In this document: piece after piece, positions 26,742 through 38,541 of the stretch
Numbering within the stretch: position 1 is the stretch's first letter
How the letters are laid out: each line of letters opens with the position of its first letter
DNA from: Saccostrea cucullata
Taxonomy: Eukaryota
Direction: 5' to 3'
Length of the DNA: 64,000 nt
NCBI RefSeq assembly: GCF_032062105.1
Contig: NW_026929981.1
Location: forward strand, 124,001 to 188,000
The notes under the pieces: generated by a model
What the model was told of the DNA's origin: nothing
Seen by the model: the letters and a program-made list of their open reading frames with translations, nothing else
Databases searched by the model: none
Made by a program: the position numbers and the translations under genes

Positions 26742-28862
26742 GTGAATAGGACATAAAATAGGGAAATTCCAGGGATGGAATCAGGTGTGTAGTAGGAGTA
26801 AGCAACCCTTGTTGACAGTTCACGTCGATCAAATTCTTTATGTATCCCTTTAACCTACTTCTGATTTCTGAAATATTATCTGATCAGAAGAAATTTTATA
26901 AGCTGGAGAAATTTACATGACTTTTAACATTGTCCGTTTTGACTTAATACACATTTTTTACTGCTTCCTGAAGTAAGACATATACATTTGTTATATTAAA
27001 TAAGATGTTATTCTGAAGGTTAAACTATCACATAAGAAGCATACAATAATAAGGAAAACCAACATGAAAGCCAGGTACGTAGAATCACTTTGAACGTTTG
27101 ACTCCAGCCAGTAAAAAAAATGACATTTTCCTTTGAAAAATAAATTAAACTTTCACAAGTAAAAAATAATAAAAAAAATTTTGATGGACAATTTTCCTGA
27201 GAAGAAAAAAATCTATTTGCTCGACTTGTAGGGAGTCCAAACTTCTTTTGTAGCCACGTTTTGTTCAAACATTACCAAAATAACCAGAGTTGTATACATG
27301 TATAGTGTAACAACAAATTGAGAGGGGGTCAACTACCTTTTTATTGAATTTTTTCAACAGTTTAGGGTTATGGTTGGAAATATTTGGGGAGACCCCCTGC
27401 TTCTTTATGTCTGAAAACAAATCATTAAAAAGATTGAGTCCTTTATTGTTTTGCTAAGCATTGCACCTTACAGGCAATTGATTGGTCATTTAAAGGTCAA
27501 GAATAGTGACTGTTTCATCTTGTATATATTCATGCGCCAACAAAAGATAATTGTACAAAAAAGCAAATGGTTTATGTCATCCTCAGTGTGTTATGGATGT
27601 TGGGGTTATTTTTGAATTGTGGTTAGAATATATGTACATATAAACCATAAATTCATTATAATTGTAGATAATTCACTTAATGAATTTGTAACAGTCAGTC
27701 AAGCATAACAACTGAAGATTTATATTTTATATGTATACATGTATATAAAAGAACAAATGCTTGTGTTAATCATTGTCATGTTGTTTAACAATTTCTTATT
27801 TTGTAAAGTTTGAATAATAATTCCAACTAAGGTTTTTTTAAATACACTCTATTTAAACATTTATTAATAGAAAAAAATGATAAACTAGTAATCATCCAAG
27901 ATTTTTTCGCTATGTATATCGTGCTTTTATGTTCAATCGAGAATACAATCGAGAATAAGTCAAAATTTTAAAAGTATATTACAGTAATTTTTTATATAAA
28001 TCATTAATAACGCGTCGTATTTCTAAATGTGATTGCAGCCTTATATGTTTGAGAAAGATATTTTCTAATCAATATAAAGAAAAAAATGCACATTGTATTC
28101 TTTATTTCTTTTTTATTAAATATAAAAAAAAGTTTTAAATAAGGGGGGATATATCTAAATTTTTTTTATTAATTTATAATAGAGTTAAAGAGCATTCTTT
28201 TTTAAATAAAAAATATTTGTTTTTCCTATAAAATTTACACCTGTTCTCCTGATAAGAATTTGTTTATTTGATCTTATGGGTAATTTTAAAAAGATCTTAA
28301 TTTTTAATATTTTTTTCTAAAATGAGTCGGAAAAATAACAAAAGGTTTTTTTAAAAAAAAATTAAATGAAATTGTCTGAAACAACGGTTAAACAATATGG
28401 AAAAATATTCAATGAAAAATAGACATCGGCAGTACATCTAGAAAGTATGTGTGATATGTAACAAAAATATACATGCATATAATAAAATTACGAAAATATG
28501 GAGTATTAGACATAATTCAAAACGTTGTCTCCAGAACATTAACGAGAAGCAACACATGAAAAAATACTTTGAGTGAGTTCATCGAAGATTGGCCATGGTA
28601 ATGTATTCAAAGTCAAATTATAATAATTTCTGTTTAAAAGACTCTCAATGTTTTGTTTTGTTTGTTTGTTTTGTTTTTGGTTGTTTTTATTATTGTTTAT
28701 CTTTTTTGATGAGAACAAATCGGGAATGAAATATGAAGAAAACAAAAGTAATGGAGCTTAAGCAAGCACGGGTCACTGAGAACATCAGAGGTAGGATTAC
28801 ACGGCATGAAGAAATAATCATCCTCTTTAGACCAGATACACCCGTTATGTGCAATCTGCTAA

Positions 28863-31800
28863 AGGTGCATAGACACAGATTTGAAGTTAATATTTTCTTA
28901 AATTTTCTGCATAATGTCATGACTTATATATTGCAATAGCATTTCACACGAAAATATATAAAAAATCTTTTTTCATCTAAAAGTTATTGAAACTTCAAAT
29001 TTTTTGACGGGTTTGATTGACACATCCTTGCACTTTCACAAACTTTACGTTTATTCTTAATACTTAGGAAAAGTGGCAATGTTGTTGTGTATTACTAACA
29101 AATATTAAAACTATAATCCAGAAAATTCAGAGTAGAACTGTTCTAAAGCAAAACATACACACAGTATATTGTCAGTCCGTGTTGTTTTGGTGAGCAGACT
29201 TTAACAATAGAACACACCCGGTAAATCGTAAACCTTAAGAATAACAGAGCCCGTGCCCTGTTTACAAAAACTATGTGTGTTTCACGGGTGTGTTCAATTT
29301 GCGAAACTCTGTACACAACACTAAGCGCGGAATGACGATACTTGTAAAAGTGTTTTGCTTTCGAACATTTCTACTCCGAATATAATACCGCATATTTGAG
29401 TTCATCTCACAATATGCGCCGTTATCAAAGCTCTATCCTTTTATTGTATGTCATCATTCAATTCCTTTTGTGGCAAAAAAACTAATAAATGTGATAAGCC
29501 GGAATTTATTTATCCATCCATACAGTGTCGGTACTTAGTCACTAGGTTTACGGGTTATCTCCCCTTTTCTATGCATCAATGAAAGTGAAAGGTGGGTGAT
29601 GAAAGTATCCGATTTATGTTTTTGTATTATGAAATATTTTATAATAATTTCCAGTTTTTAAAGTTAAGTTTCAGTCAAAGAAGTAAAACAGATTATCTTA
29701 TTAACATTGATATTGCTCGATGGCAAGTATTTTATTGGATTGAAACAGATCGAGTTGCCACCCGTCCATCCGTTTAAACACTGGCACATGGTACAAGAGA
29801 TTACAATGTGGTAATAATAACCAACTTCATCAGCAGATGTTGAATGAATAAAAACTAACTTAGTGAAATAATATATAGACAAAATGAGCTAATGTAAAAA
29901 TAGGTATGAACTTCAACTTTATTCGGTCCATGTTATTCAAGGTCATTTGCCAATAAACATCCGTACACATGGTGGCCTATATTTAGTTACTTAGATTCCT
30001 TAGCCTATCTTTAGGGGATTTAAAAATGGGAATATCCATAATTATAATTCTTACAGTATGAGTATGCTTTTGTAACTTTGGGTTTGGTGCATTTATCAGT
30101 TTATTTAAAATATTGAGTGATTTTAAAAAAAAAAAATAAATAAATGTTCAAGGATAGGGTTACCCTAGCTGTACCATACCAGTCTACCTTTTGTCCTAAA
30201 AACAGGGAATAAATTAAAAAAAAAAATACAGATTGAGAAGTAATAAAAGTTTGACAAATCTTTAGAAATGTTATTTAGCTAGATTCACAAAGGGACAGAA
30301 CTCTAATTAAAGTATATAAATTTCAATCAAGGCCATTCAACTTTAACAAGGGTCCAAAGAGAGGCATGAAAGGTATGCAATGGTGACAAAGGCAGTAATC
30401 AATTGTGAAATAAAATAGTTTGAAGTAAAATACATAACAAGTTTTGGTGCTTTTGAATGTAACATTATAATATTGCATTTTATGATATGAATGAAACATC
30501 AAGTAAGATGTGTATTTGTTTATACATATTAACAGTTGTACACATGCTATATGACAAAACTCAAGGTAAGTAAATATGAATGATGACTAAAAAGGTAAAT
30601 AGATTTTGAGTAAAAAAAAAAATTCAGTTGGATGGAAGCATTACAATCAACAATTCAGGCTGTAAAATCTGGGAGGCATACCCGGTATAGGTAACATGCA
30701 CCAGAGTTGAATTGTACATTGTCTGTCAAATCCACATAATAATAATAATACATTAGGACCAGCAGCATCCTCACCTATTCGATATCACTTCTCTTAAGGG
30801 GCTTGACAGGGAGGACAACTTCAGATTCAACAAGAACAATAACAATGTGGGCATAGTAATTTAGGACCTCAATGGTTCATTAGTAACAGTTGATATAAAT
30901 AGGATTCCCCAAATTTTATTTTAATTAACTACATGTAATATCTAGCTAGGCTAGCTACTATTTTGCTGGTTAATATATATCAAAGGGTTCAGATTAAGTA
31001 AGATGGGGCGAAGGGCATGTTTCGCATTATATATTCTGTGTTGTCATTTTGGTCAATGGTGTAGTTAAAATTATACATAAAGGAAATAAAGGAAGGCCAT
31101 GCTGTTCGTTCCTTGGAAGCCGTCTCCAGTGTACATGAGCATAATCATGAATTTCTCTAACAGCACCTCTACCTTAATTGTGAAGGTTTGATTATAACCC
31201 AATATAAACACATACATTTAAAGGGGCTGGGTGGTTGTGGCCATTTTTAGGCTATTTTGATCTTCTTTAGAAGAAGAGCTCAATAAAGATATAACTGATC
31301 AAATTTTAAAACTAAAATTTATGAAATTTTTCTTTGCCAAATGTTAGTTGACAGCTTAAGATATCATATCCCAAAATTTAAATTATATCTGGTGGTTAAT
31401 AATTGTTGACCCCCTAGCCTCCTTGATGTCTTCTCACCCCTTAACTGCATAAAGGCCTTGTATCCTAGAAAGTTGTGTTTAGTAAATGAAAAGTTTTGTA
31501 CCATCTTAAGTTAACATGAAAAATCAGGTAAACTTATTTTACTAATTTATTATATATAGATTATTTCACAAATGTTGATTATTTACACAGAGATTAATTT
31601 CAGCATGGGCTTTTATTTCCGGACAATGTTCTAAAAACATGGGTCTAGTCACTTGTTTAATATTTATACAAGAAGAGAACTTTGGGTATTGAAATACAAT
31701 TCTACAAATAAAAGACTATAAAAAGAAGTTAAATAATAATAATTTATAGGCTAATTGAAGCACTGTGAAATAAATAAATTTTCAAGAGTATTTAATTAAT

Positions 31801-34800
31801 TAAATTAATTATTAAGAGAAATTAACATAATTAACATTTATTCCTTTGAGTTATCTTTCTCATTGGGGAAAGTGAACTTTAAAATAGGAATTGCAACTTT
31901 TATTTCCTGAACTTTTACCAATTTTCCTCGATATTCATTTTGGCATTGGGAATGAGGGACAATTTACAGAGTTCTTCAGGTGCTACAGTCAAAGCATATG
32001 CAGGTTCATTTGAACACAGCTCACAGTGGTGAATGGTCATGATAAATAAATCGATAAATAAATAAAATAGAAAGGGTAATAATGAGACTTGTAAGGTATA
32101 AATTGGGGCTTTTTGTCAGTGTTGGTTTCTGCTGTGTCTCTAAGTTGTTAAGATTTGCTATTTCACACAGATAAAAGTTGCTTTAGTTAAAATTCTATAT
32201 TCACAGTTTTTAAACTTGCAAAGGGTAAATTGTTTAGGTAACTAGTTTTCTTTATCACTAATAAACACTAAAGGCGAGATTACCTAACTACCTAACAGCG
32301 GGGGGGGTTAGACACATATTTTTCCACAGGCTAGGTTACAATTCAAACCATTTCCTACAATATTTTCTTTTTAATAGCATGTGCTTACTGTTGGAAATTA
32401 AGACACATATGCATGTCTCGGGGCATTTTCCCATTGAAAATATCAGTTCAAACCCAGGTGCATTTGCATGTAATATGATAGGTGTTTATCTCTCATCTGA
32501 GCAGTTACATATAGCATAATTATTTTATGTTACTTTACACATTTATCTCTATGGGATTAAAATGCATAAATCGGTGCATATATATATGTACATGCAGTTA
32601 ACATCCATGCATATAGCTAGTGGGTACAAATACAGGTTAGCTAGGGGATACAAATACAAATCCACATGTGTGTAGGAGTTACAAGATTCATAGTACTAAG
32701 ATTAGATAAACTTCTCCCGCATTTTAGGGTATTAGATGTAGGATAGGTTTCCACTGACTTAGCACATTAATTTTTATGCTCTTTATCATATATCCATTTT
32801 CTACAGCCTTAAAAAGATTATGAAGTCTATTATTTAAATAACCTATTCCATAGCATATTTTTGCGGGGGTGGGGGGGGGGGGCTTAAGGTGTAAAAAGAT
32901 CATGCATTTTTGATAGAGCATCAGCTGGGAAGGGGTTTAGAATAAAGGATTTAGTCAAATGTGCCTTCAATGTCTGCTGCAGTCCAACTACATTTACAAA
33001 TGAGCAGTAAATACAAAGTCCTCTATTGTGTGTCTTGGTTTGAAAGGTACTTATTATATACAAGATTTAATCAATTTTAAATGGTCGTTTGAAGAATTCG
33101 TTTTCATGATAAGTGGTACATGTATAACATCATTGACATTCCCTCAGAACTGGCAAGATACTTTACCAAATATCACAAAACATGTTCTGCAGTTTACATA
33201 TTGGGCATGTGAACACCTTTAAAATTTTTGTCAACAATACAGGAATAGCATAATCATGCTGAAAGGGATAGGGGAAGGGGGGGGGGGGGGGTTAAAGAGT
33301 AAAGGTGCTCATTCATCTTGTTTCTAATCTCTGCATGAAAGTATTTTATCACCTAAAAAATAAATAAATAAGAAATAAAATTCAAATTTATAAACAAATA
33401 AATAAAAAGGGGGGAAGGGGAATCTAAATAAAACGTTTTTCCTACATAATTTTCTTACATTAGTCTAGGTAGTAGTTCTCTCTTGCCAGCTGGATATTAA
33501 TAATGGAATCTGAGACCCAAAGCAATATACTAGTAACTTGGAAAGATATAAATTCAGGAGGGGGGGGGGGGTTAGGCCCAATTAATTTGAAGGGAGACCA
33601 GAATTATTTTAATGCAGGATAGTTCTACAGTGGGTTGGCAATGAGAGAGAGAGTGATGTTCATGATGGATGGGTTGCTGAGGGTTTTGAGTAGGCTAGGA
33701 GTCCATGGTGGGTGGTTAAATTGAAGTTGCCTACCCCCACCAGGTGGCGGTGGGCACCTACGGTGCCCATGTGGCGAAATCGTCACCTTCAATTTAACCA
33801 TTGAACTGTTGATTTTGTTGACTTTTTGTGGTTGATGTTGATATATGTGATGGTTGATGTTGATATATGTAATGTTGACTTTGAAAATTATATCTTATAC
33901 AATGCAAAGCTAAAGCAAAATAATATAATTAAAAGATAATTTGTGTTGAAATGTGTCCGTAGCACGATTGAGGTCAACCCAGCGTGCTACTTTTCCCGTC
34001 AGGGAGGGCACAACTTATGTTGATGTTGGGGGTATGCCATTTTGCCGGCTGCCCCACTGTTATGTAGACCACTGTGGACAATACCTGCCAACTCGAATAA
34101 AACATTAAACTTAAATACGTAGCATTTGTTTATTATATATATATAGGTCTTTGATAATACCGCATATTTGAGTTCATCTCACAATATGCGCCGTTATCAA
34201 AGCTCTATCCTTTTATTGTATGTCATCATTCAATTCCTTTTGTGGCAAAAAAACTAATAAATGTGATAAGCCGGAATTTATTTATCCATCCATACAGTGT
34301 CGGTACTTAGTCACTAGGTTTACGGGTTATCTCCCCTTTTCTATGCATCAATGAAAGTGAAAGGTGGGTGATGAAAGTATCCGATTTATGTTTTTGTATT
34401 ATGAAATACCCTCCCACCTCAACCCTTGAGCTAGGTGTTAAGTATATACCCTTTCTCCTTTTGTTTGTTTAAATAACGTTTTTCATTGTTTTACATGGTT
34501 TGGCTATACCAAATTTATTAGAGTTATGCAAATGTTATTTAGAATCTTTTTCTGCTGTGGGTTTTTGTTTTTGTCTTTTCAGATATTAGAGATTTCGTTG
34601 AAGGAGACTAACGATGCTGATCAGAATTCCTGCTGTTTCCGTTTTCTGGGACCTTTGGAATGATCTCTGGCCGAATACCATGCATGACAAGGGTCAACTG
34701 GGCGAATTATCCATTCGAGGAGTTCGGGGAAAGACAGTAAACTTTACTTCACAGTGGTCGTTTTGTCGAAATCGTCACCTTCAATTTAACCATTGAACTG

Positions 34801-35401
34801 TTGATTTTGTTGACTTTTTGTGGTTGATGTTGATATATGTGATGGTTGATGTTGATATATGTGATGTTGACTTTGAAAATTATATCTTATACAATGCAAA
34901 GCTAAAGCAAAATAATATAATTAAAAGATAATTTGTGTTGAAATGTGTCCGTAGCACGATTGAGGTCAACCCAGCGTGCTACTTTTCCCGTCAGGGAGGG
35001 CACAACTTATGTTGATGTTGGGGGTATGCCATTTTGCCGGCTGCCCCACTGTTATGTAGACCACTGTGGACAATACCTGCCAACTCGAATAAAACATTAA
35101 ACTTAAATACGTAGCATTTGTTTATTATATATATAGGTCTTTGATAAATATTTTTCTGGATTAAAGTTTTAATATTTTTCACTAATACGCAACAAGATTG
35201 CCACTTTTTTAAGTATTAAAAATAAAATTAAAATTTGTGAAGGTGCTAGGATGTGTCGATCAAACCCATCCAAAAAATTGAAGTTTCAATAACTTTTAGA
35301 TGAAATAATATTTTTGATTTATTTTCGTGTAAATGATTTTACAATGTATAAGTCGGGTATTATACAGAAAACATTAACTTCAAATATGTGTCTATGCAGC
35401 T
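28863..35401. mobile_element. Kolobok-like long-TIR MITE (~770 bp when rejoined), interrupted by the split-repeat element
   Basis: Left arm 28863-~29155 (AGGTGCATAGACACAGATTTGAAG...) is the reverse complement of 29350-29381 plus 35150-35401 (...CTTCAAATATGTGTCTATGCAGCT). Flanks are CTAA / TTAA (TTAA-type TSD) and the termini are AG..CT. Confidence 0.7.
29382..35147. mobile_element. Non-autonomous element with split direct repeats (A1-internal-B1A2-spacer-B2), TOC1/PAT/Ngaro-like architecture; alternatively tandem Helitron2-like units
   Basis: A1 29382-29636 = A2 34154-34408 (255 bp, identical by eye). B1 33775-34157 matches B2 34767-35147 (~380 bp; one substitution and a TA-unit indel seen). 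ATAA is shared at all three junctions. No credible ORF inside. Confidence 0.75.
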
Positions 35402-38400
35402 TTAAGGCTTCTGCGTGAAAATAACACAGTGTGAAATTTACAAACGACTGTAAGATAGGTTATATTTACTATTAACAAGGTCATTGTATTGACCATTGAA
35501 TTCAGCATATTGTTGAATTTAAACGCGTCTATTGATATTCTTATTTCATCAACTTATTTGTCGATAGGTTGCCTCGTTTAGGAATTTGTTCATTAAGCAT
35601 GCTCTTAAGTATCGAATCAACTGGAAGATATAACTGCATATGCAGGTAATATTGGCATATTTGTTAAGAGATATTTTTTGTTTATAAATTTTGGTTAAGT
35701 GCAAGAAAAGCATCAAATAAACTTCTTTCAAATTAATATGTGAAGAAAATTGGAGCAAGTTCAGACATTGCTCTAAGAAACATCATTTCACACATTCTCA
35801 TTATGATAATCATTTTACAGATCATCTGCCACACAGAAAGAAAAAAAAAAATTAAAAGATCATCTAAAAGTTATAAACAGGCATTAACAATTTATAGACA
35901 AGTTTTGATATAAACTTTATGTCTGTCAAAATGTCAGTTTCATTGATCCACGTGCGTCAATCTTGGCAAAGCATGTAAGTGCACTAGAATAACCGACATT
36001 CTTGTAATATTCTTTCTGAAACTTTAAAAAAAACAGTCTAAATAGACATAAATGATCATTCGTTTGTTTACACATGTTACTTGTAAATGGTTTATTTTTA
36101 CTTTTTTATTTCCAAGTTTAGAATCAACACATGTTTCTAATTAAAATAGAAAAAGGTTATACACTTTCAACTTTGTTTAATTTATCAAAAAAGTGAGACC
36201 AATTTTATTCATTCAACATTTTTAGAATAATGTGATGAATGATAAGAGTAAGATAATTCTTATAACTTTTATGTATAATCATAATATGAAGGAAAGTGTT
36301 CACGTTGTGAAGCATATATGCGTTCCACATACGAACATATTTTTTTTCTAAATAAACATGATTTTCCCAGCATTTTTTATCTATATATAGAGAAACAAAC
36401 TATTCGACAATAGTCAGCAACAAAATTCATAAAAATTCAAATATCATTTTTTTTAACTTTATGAAATAATAGATGTTAATTTTGTCATATTATGTACCGT
36501 TCTTTAAGTATTTATCATTCATGAATGAAAAAGAAAATCACATTTTTTTCCAGAAATTTGTATAGTTTATAAAAATGATTTTACTTACCTGCCATAGACC
36601 TTTTCAGTATTCAATTATGCAAATTATTTATTAAACCTTATTTTTCCTCAATCTGTTTGTATTGTAAAGTAAATAAACATAGTGTAGAGGATTGTGTTTG
36701 GTGATATTTGATTTAAATAGATGACAATAGATAAGTAATTCATACTTAAAACTTACCAAACACTTTGAATAAACATAATTTTGTGAAATATTAATTCTGG
36801 TTGATAAAGTCGTCCTTTGTAATCATGCACAAAAGTAACCTTATATCATTTCCTATTAAAATGTATCATGCATGAATTCCGTTGTTCCTAGTACACATGT
36901 GTACGATTTAATACATAAAACCGGGAATATATTTCATTTTGACCATTAAGAAGATATTAACACGATTATATATTTTATTATTTATTCATTACTTTCAAAC
37001 AATTAAGGACTTCTGAAACTACGTTTCAGCAAATAAAAAATTAGACAAACAAAGGATAATAATTTTCAAAGTGACATTTTGAGAAGATATGTAAAAAGTT
37101 CAACATTGGCTAGTTTCTGGTTTTATGACACTTTGTTAAAGTGCTTCATTCTCAGAAAAAATGATGTAGCTTGAGTCGTAACAAACAAGTTTTGTCCATT
37201 TTCAAAACTTTGCACTTTAAGTATTATGTAGGTTTCCTGCATAATAGGGCTTTGCTAGTTGTCCCGTTAATATACTGAAAATATATAAGAATATATTTAT
37301 AGCCACAATAATTTATAAATTCCCATAGTTTTTTTTTCTCTGAAAAAGATATCTCCGAAAGGTGATTAGAATCATTTATATGTATGAGCTTAATGTGGTA
37401 ATGTTTTATTAATCTTAAACTAATCTAATGTTTTCTCTCTTTACCAAACTGCAGAAATGATGGAAAATTAAAACACAATTAAAATAAAAATTAACATTAC
37501 AAAAATAATAAGTCTTTAACCTGAAGCTTGAAGAACAGTACAATTTTTTTCTTAATCTTCTTTTAAAAGCCGCATATAACCAATTCAAATATAATATATA
37601 ATGATGGGGTGTACTAGTACTTCAGTCTGTATATCTGTAATATACTTTGGAGAACTTATCTCTATCCGTAGACCTGTCGATGGACAGATATTTGGGGTTT
37701 CCCAAAAGCAAAAAGTGGACTTCATCATTAACATTTTTGATACTTATATGGGAGTCTGTTAGGTGTGCTCTTTGCTTACAATACTTCTAGTTAATTTTGA
37801 ATATTTTTTTCCTAAAATGATTTTGAAAAATAACAACGGTATTTTTGGAAAAACCTAAATGAATTCGACTGAAACATCGGTTAAACAATAAGGAAAAATA
37901 CTCAAAGAGATATAAAAAATATCAAATTTATTGGAGGTCATTATATCTATAAACCTAGCAAATTCTACAAATAAACACATCAAGCATATTTGTCACGTGA
38001 TGTAAGATAACGTTGAAATACACTTTTAGACATGGAAATCTGACCTAAATATAACTTTCTTCAAGATATACATTATTGAAGGCATGTATATCACAAAAAT
38101 AGTAATAATTCAGACAAAAGAGTCTTCTATGTTTGAAAGAAGGGGAAAAAACTTATTATAACATTTCAGATGCTCAGCAATTCAACAAGAATTGAAAATA
38201 TAGAATTTCAATTTATGAAGATAATATCCCTGACCCTCTTGAAATGAGTTACTTGTTAAGTGACAATTATTTAAGGTCCATAAATCAATTGATGTTTTCC
38301 CTTTCCAATTCCAAATCTTGTCGATGTATTGTGTGATTTCCTCTCACGAGAGTTCAAATTATCGTAATATTATAGTTTATTTAACCTGTATACATGTATC

Positions 38401-38418
38401 ATATTTCTTGACCGAATT

Positions 38419-38484
38419 GGTCACATGTCGAAATCTTATCTAAAGCAGTTATGTAAGAATAATCCACGTGTTTCTCTCTATAAA
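38419..38484 (+). promoter_or_regulatory. ApoD-3 proximal promoter: CACATG, CACGTG and TATA
   Basis: GGTCACATGT (38419), CACGTG (38465), TATAAAG (~38478); ATG at 38542. Confidence 0.5.
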
Positions 38485-38541
38485 GGAATATGTCATGTTT
38501 TCAAGTCTTTGATATTATTATTGTCCTTCCAAAGCATTACA

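Larger units (their letters stand above)
28740..35660 (-). mobile_element. Penelope-like relic split by the Kolobok-like MITE (pieces ~28740-28858 and ~35440-35660)
   Basis: Tail relic AACATCAGAGGTAGGAT.. before 28860. The collinear continuation AAGGTCATTGTATTGACCAT..GCATGCTCTTAAGTATCGAATCAACTGG lies after 35405; ORF 35549-35758 contains FQLIRYLRAC. Confidence 0.5.

Noticed and set aside
33740-33800. Canonical hammerhead ribozyme (CGAAA present)
   Set aside because: No matching CTGANGA core nearby; kept only as an unclassified structure.
34614-34796. 60-aa ORF in the spacer between A2 and B2, after a good TTTTCAG acceptor
   Set aside because: Short, with no recognisable similarity to YR, RT or Rep motifs.
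29382-35147. Conventional LTR retrotransposon
   Set aside because: No TG..CA termini, PBS/PPT or gag-pol; the repeats are split A/B rather than terminal LTRs.
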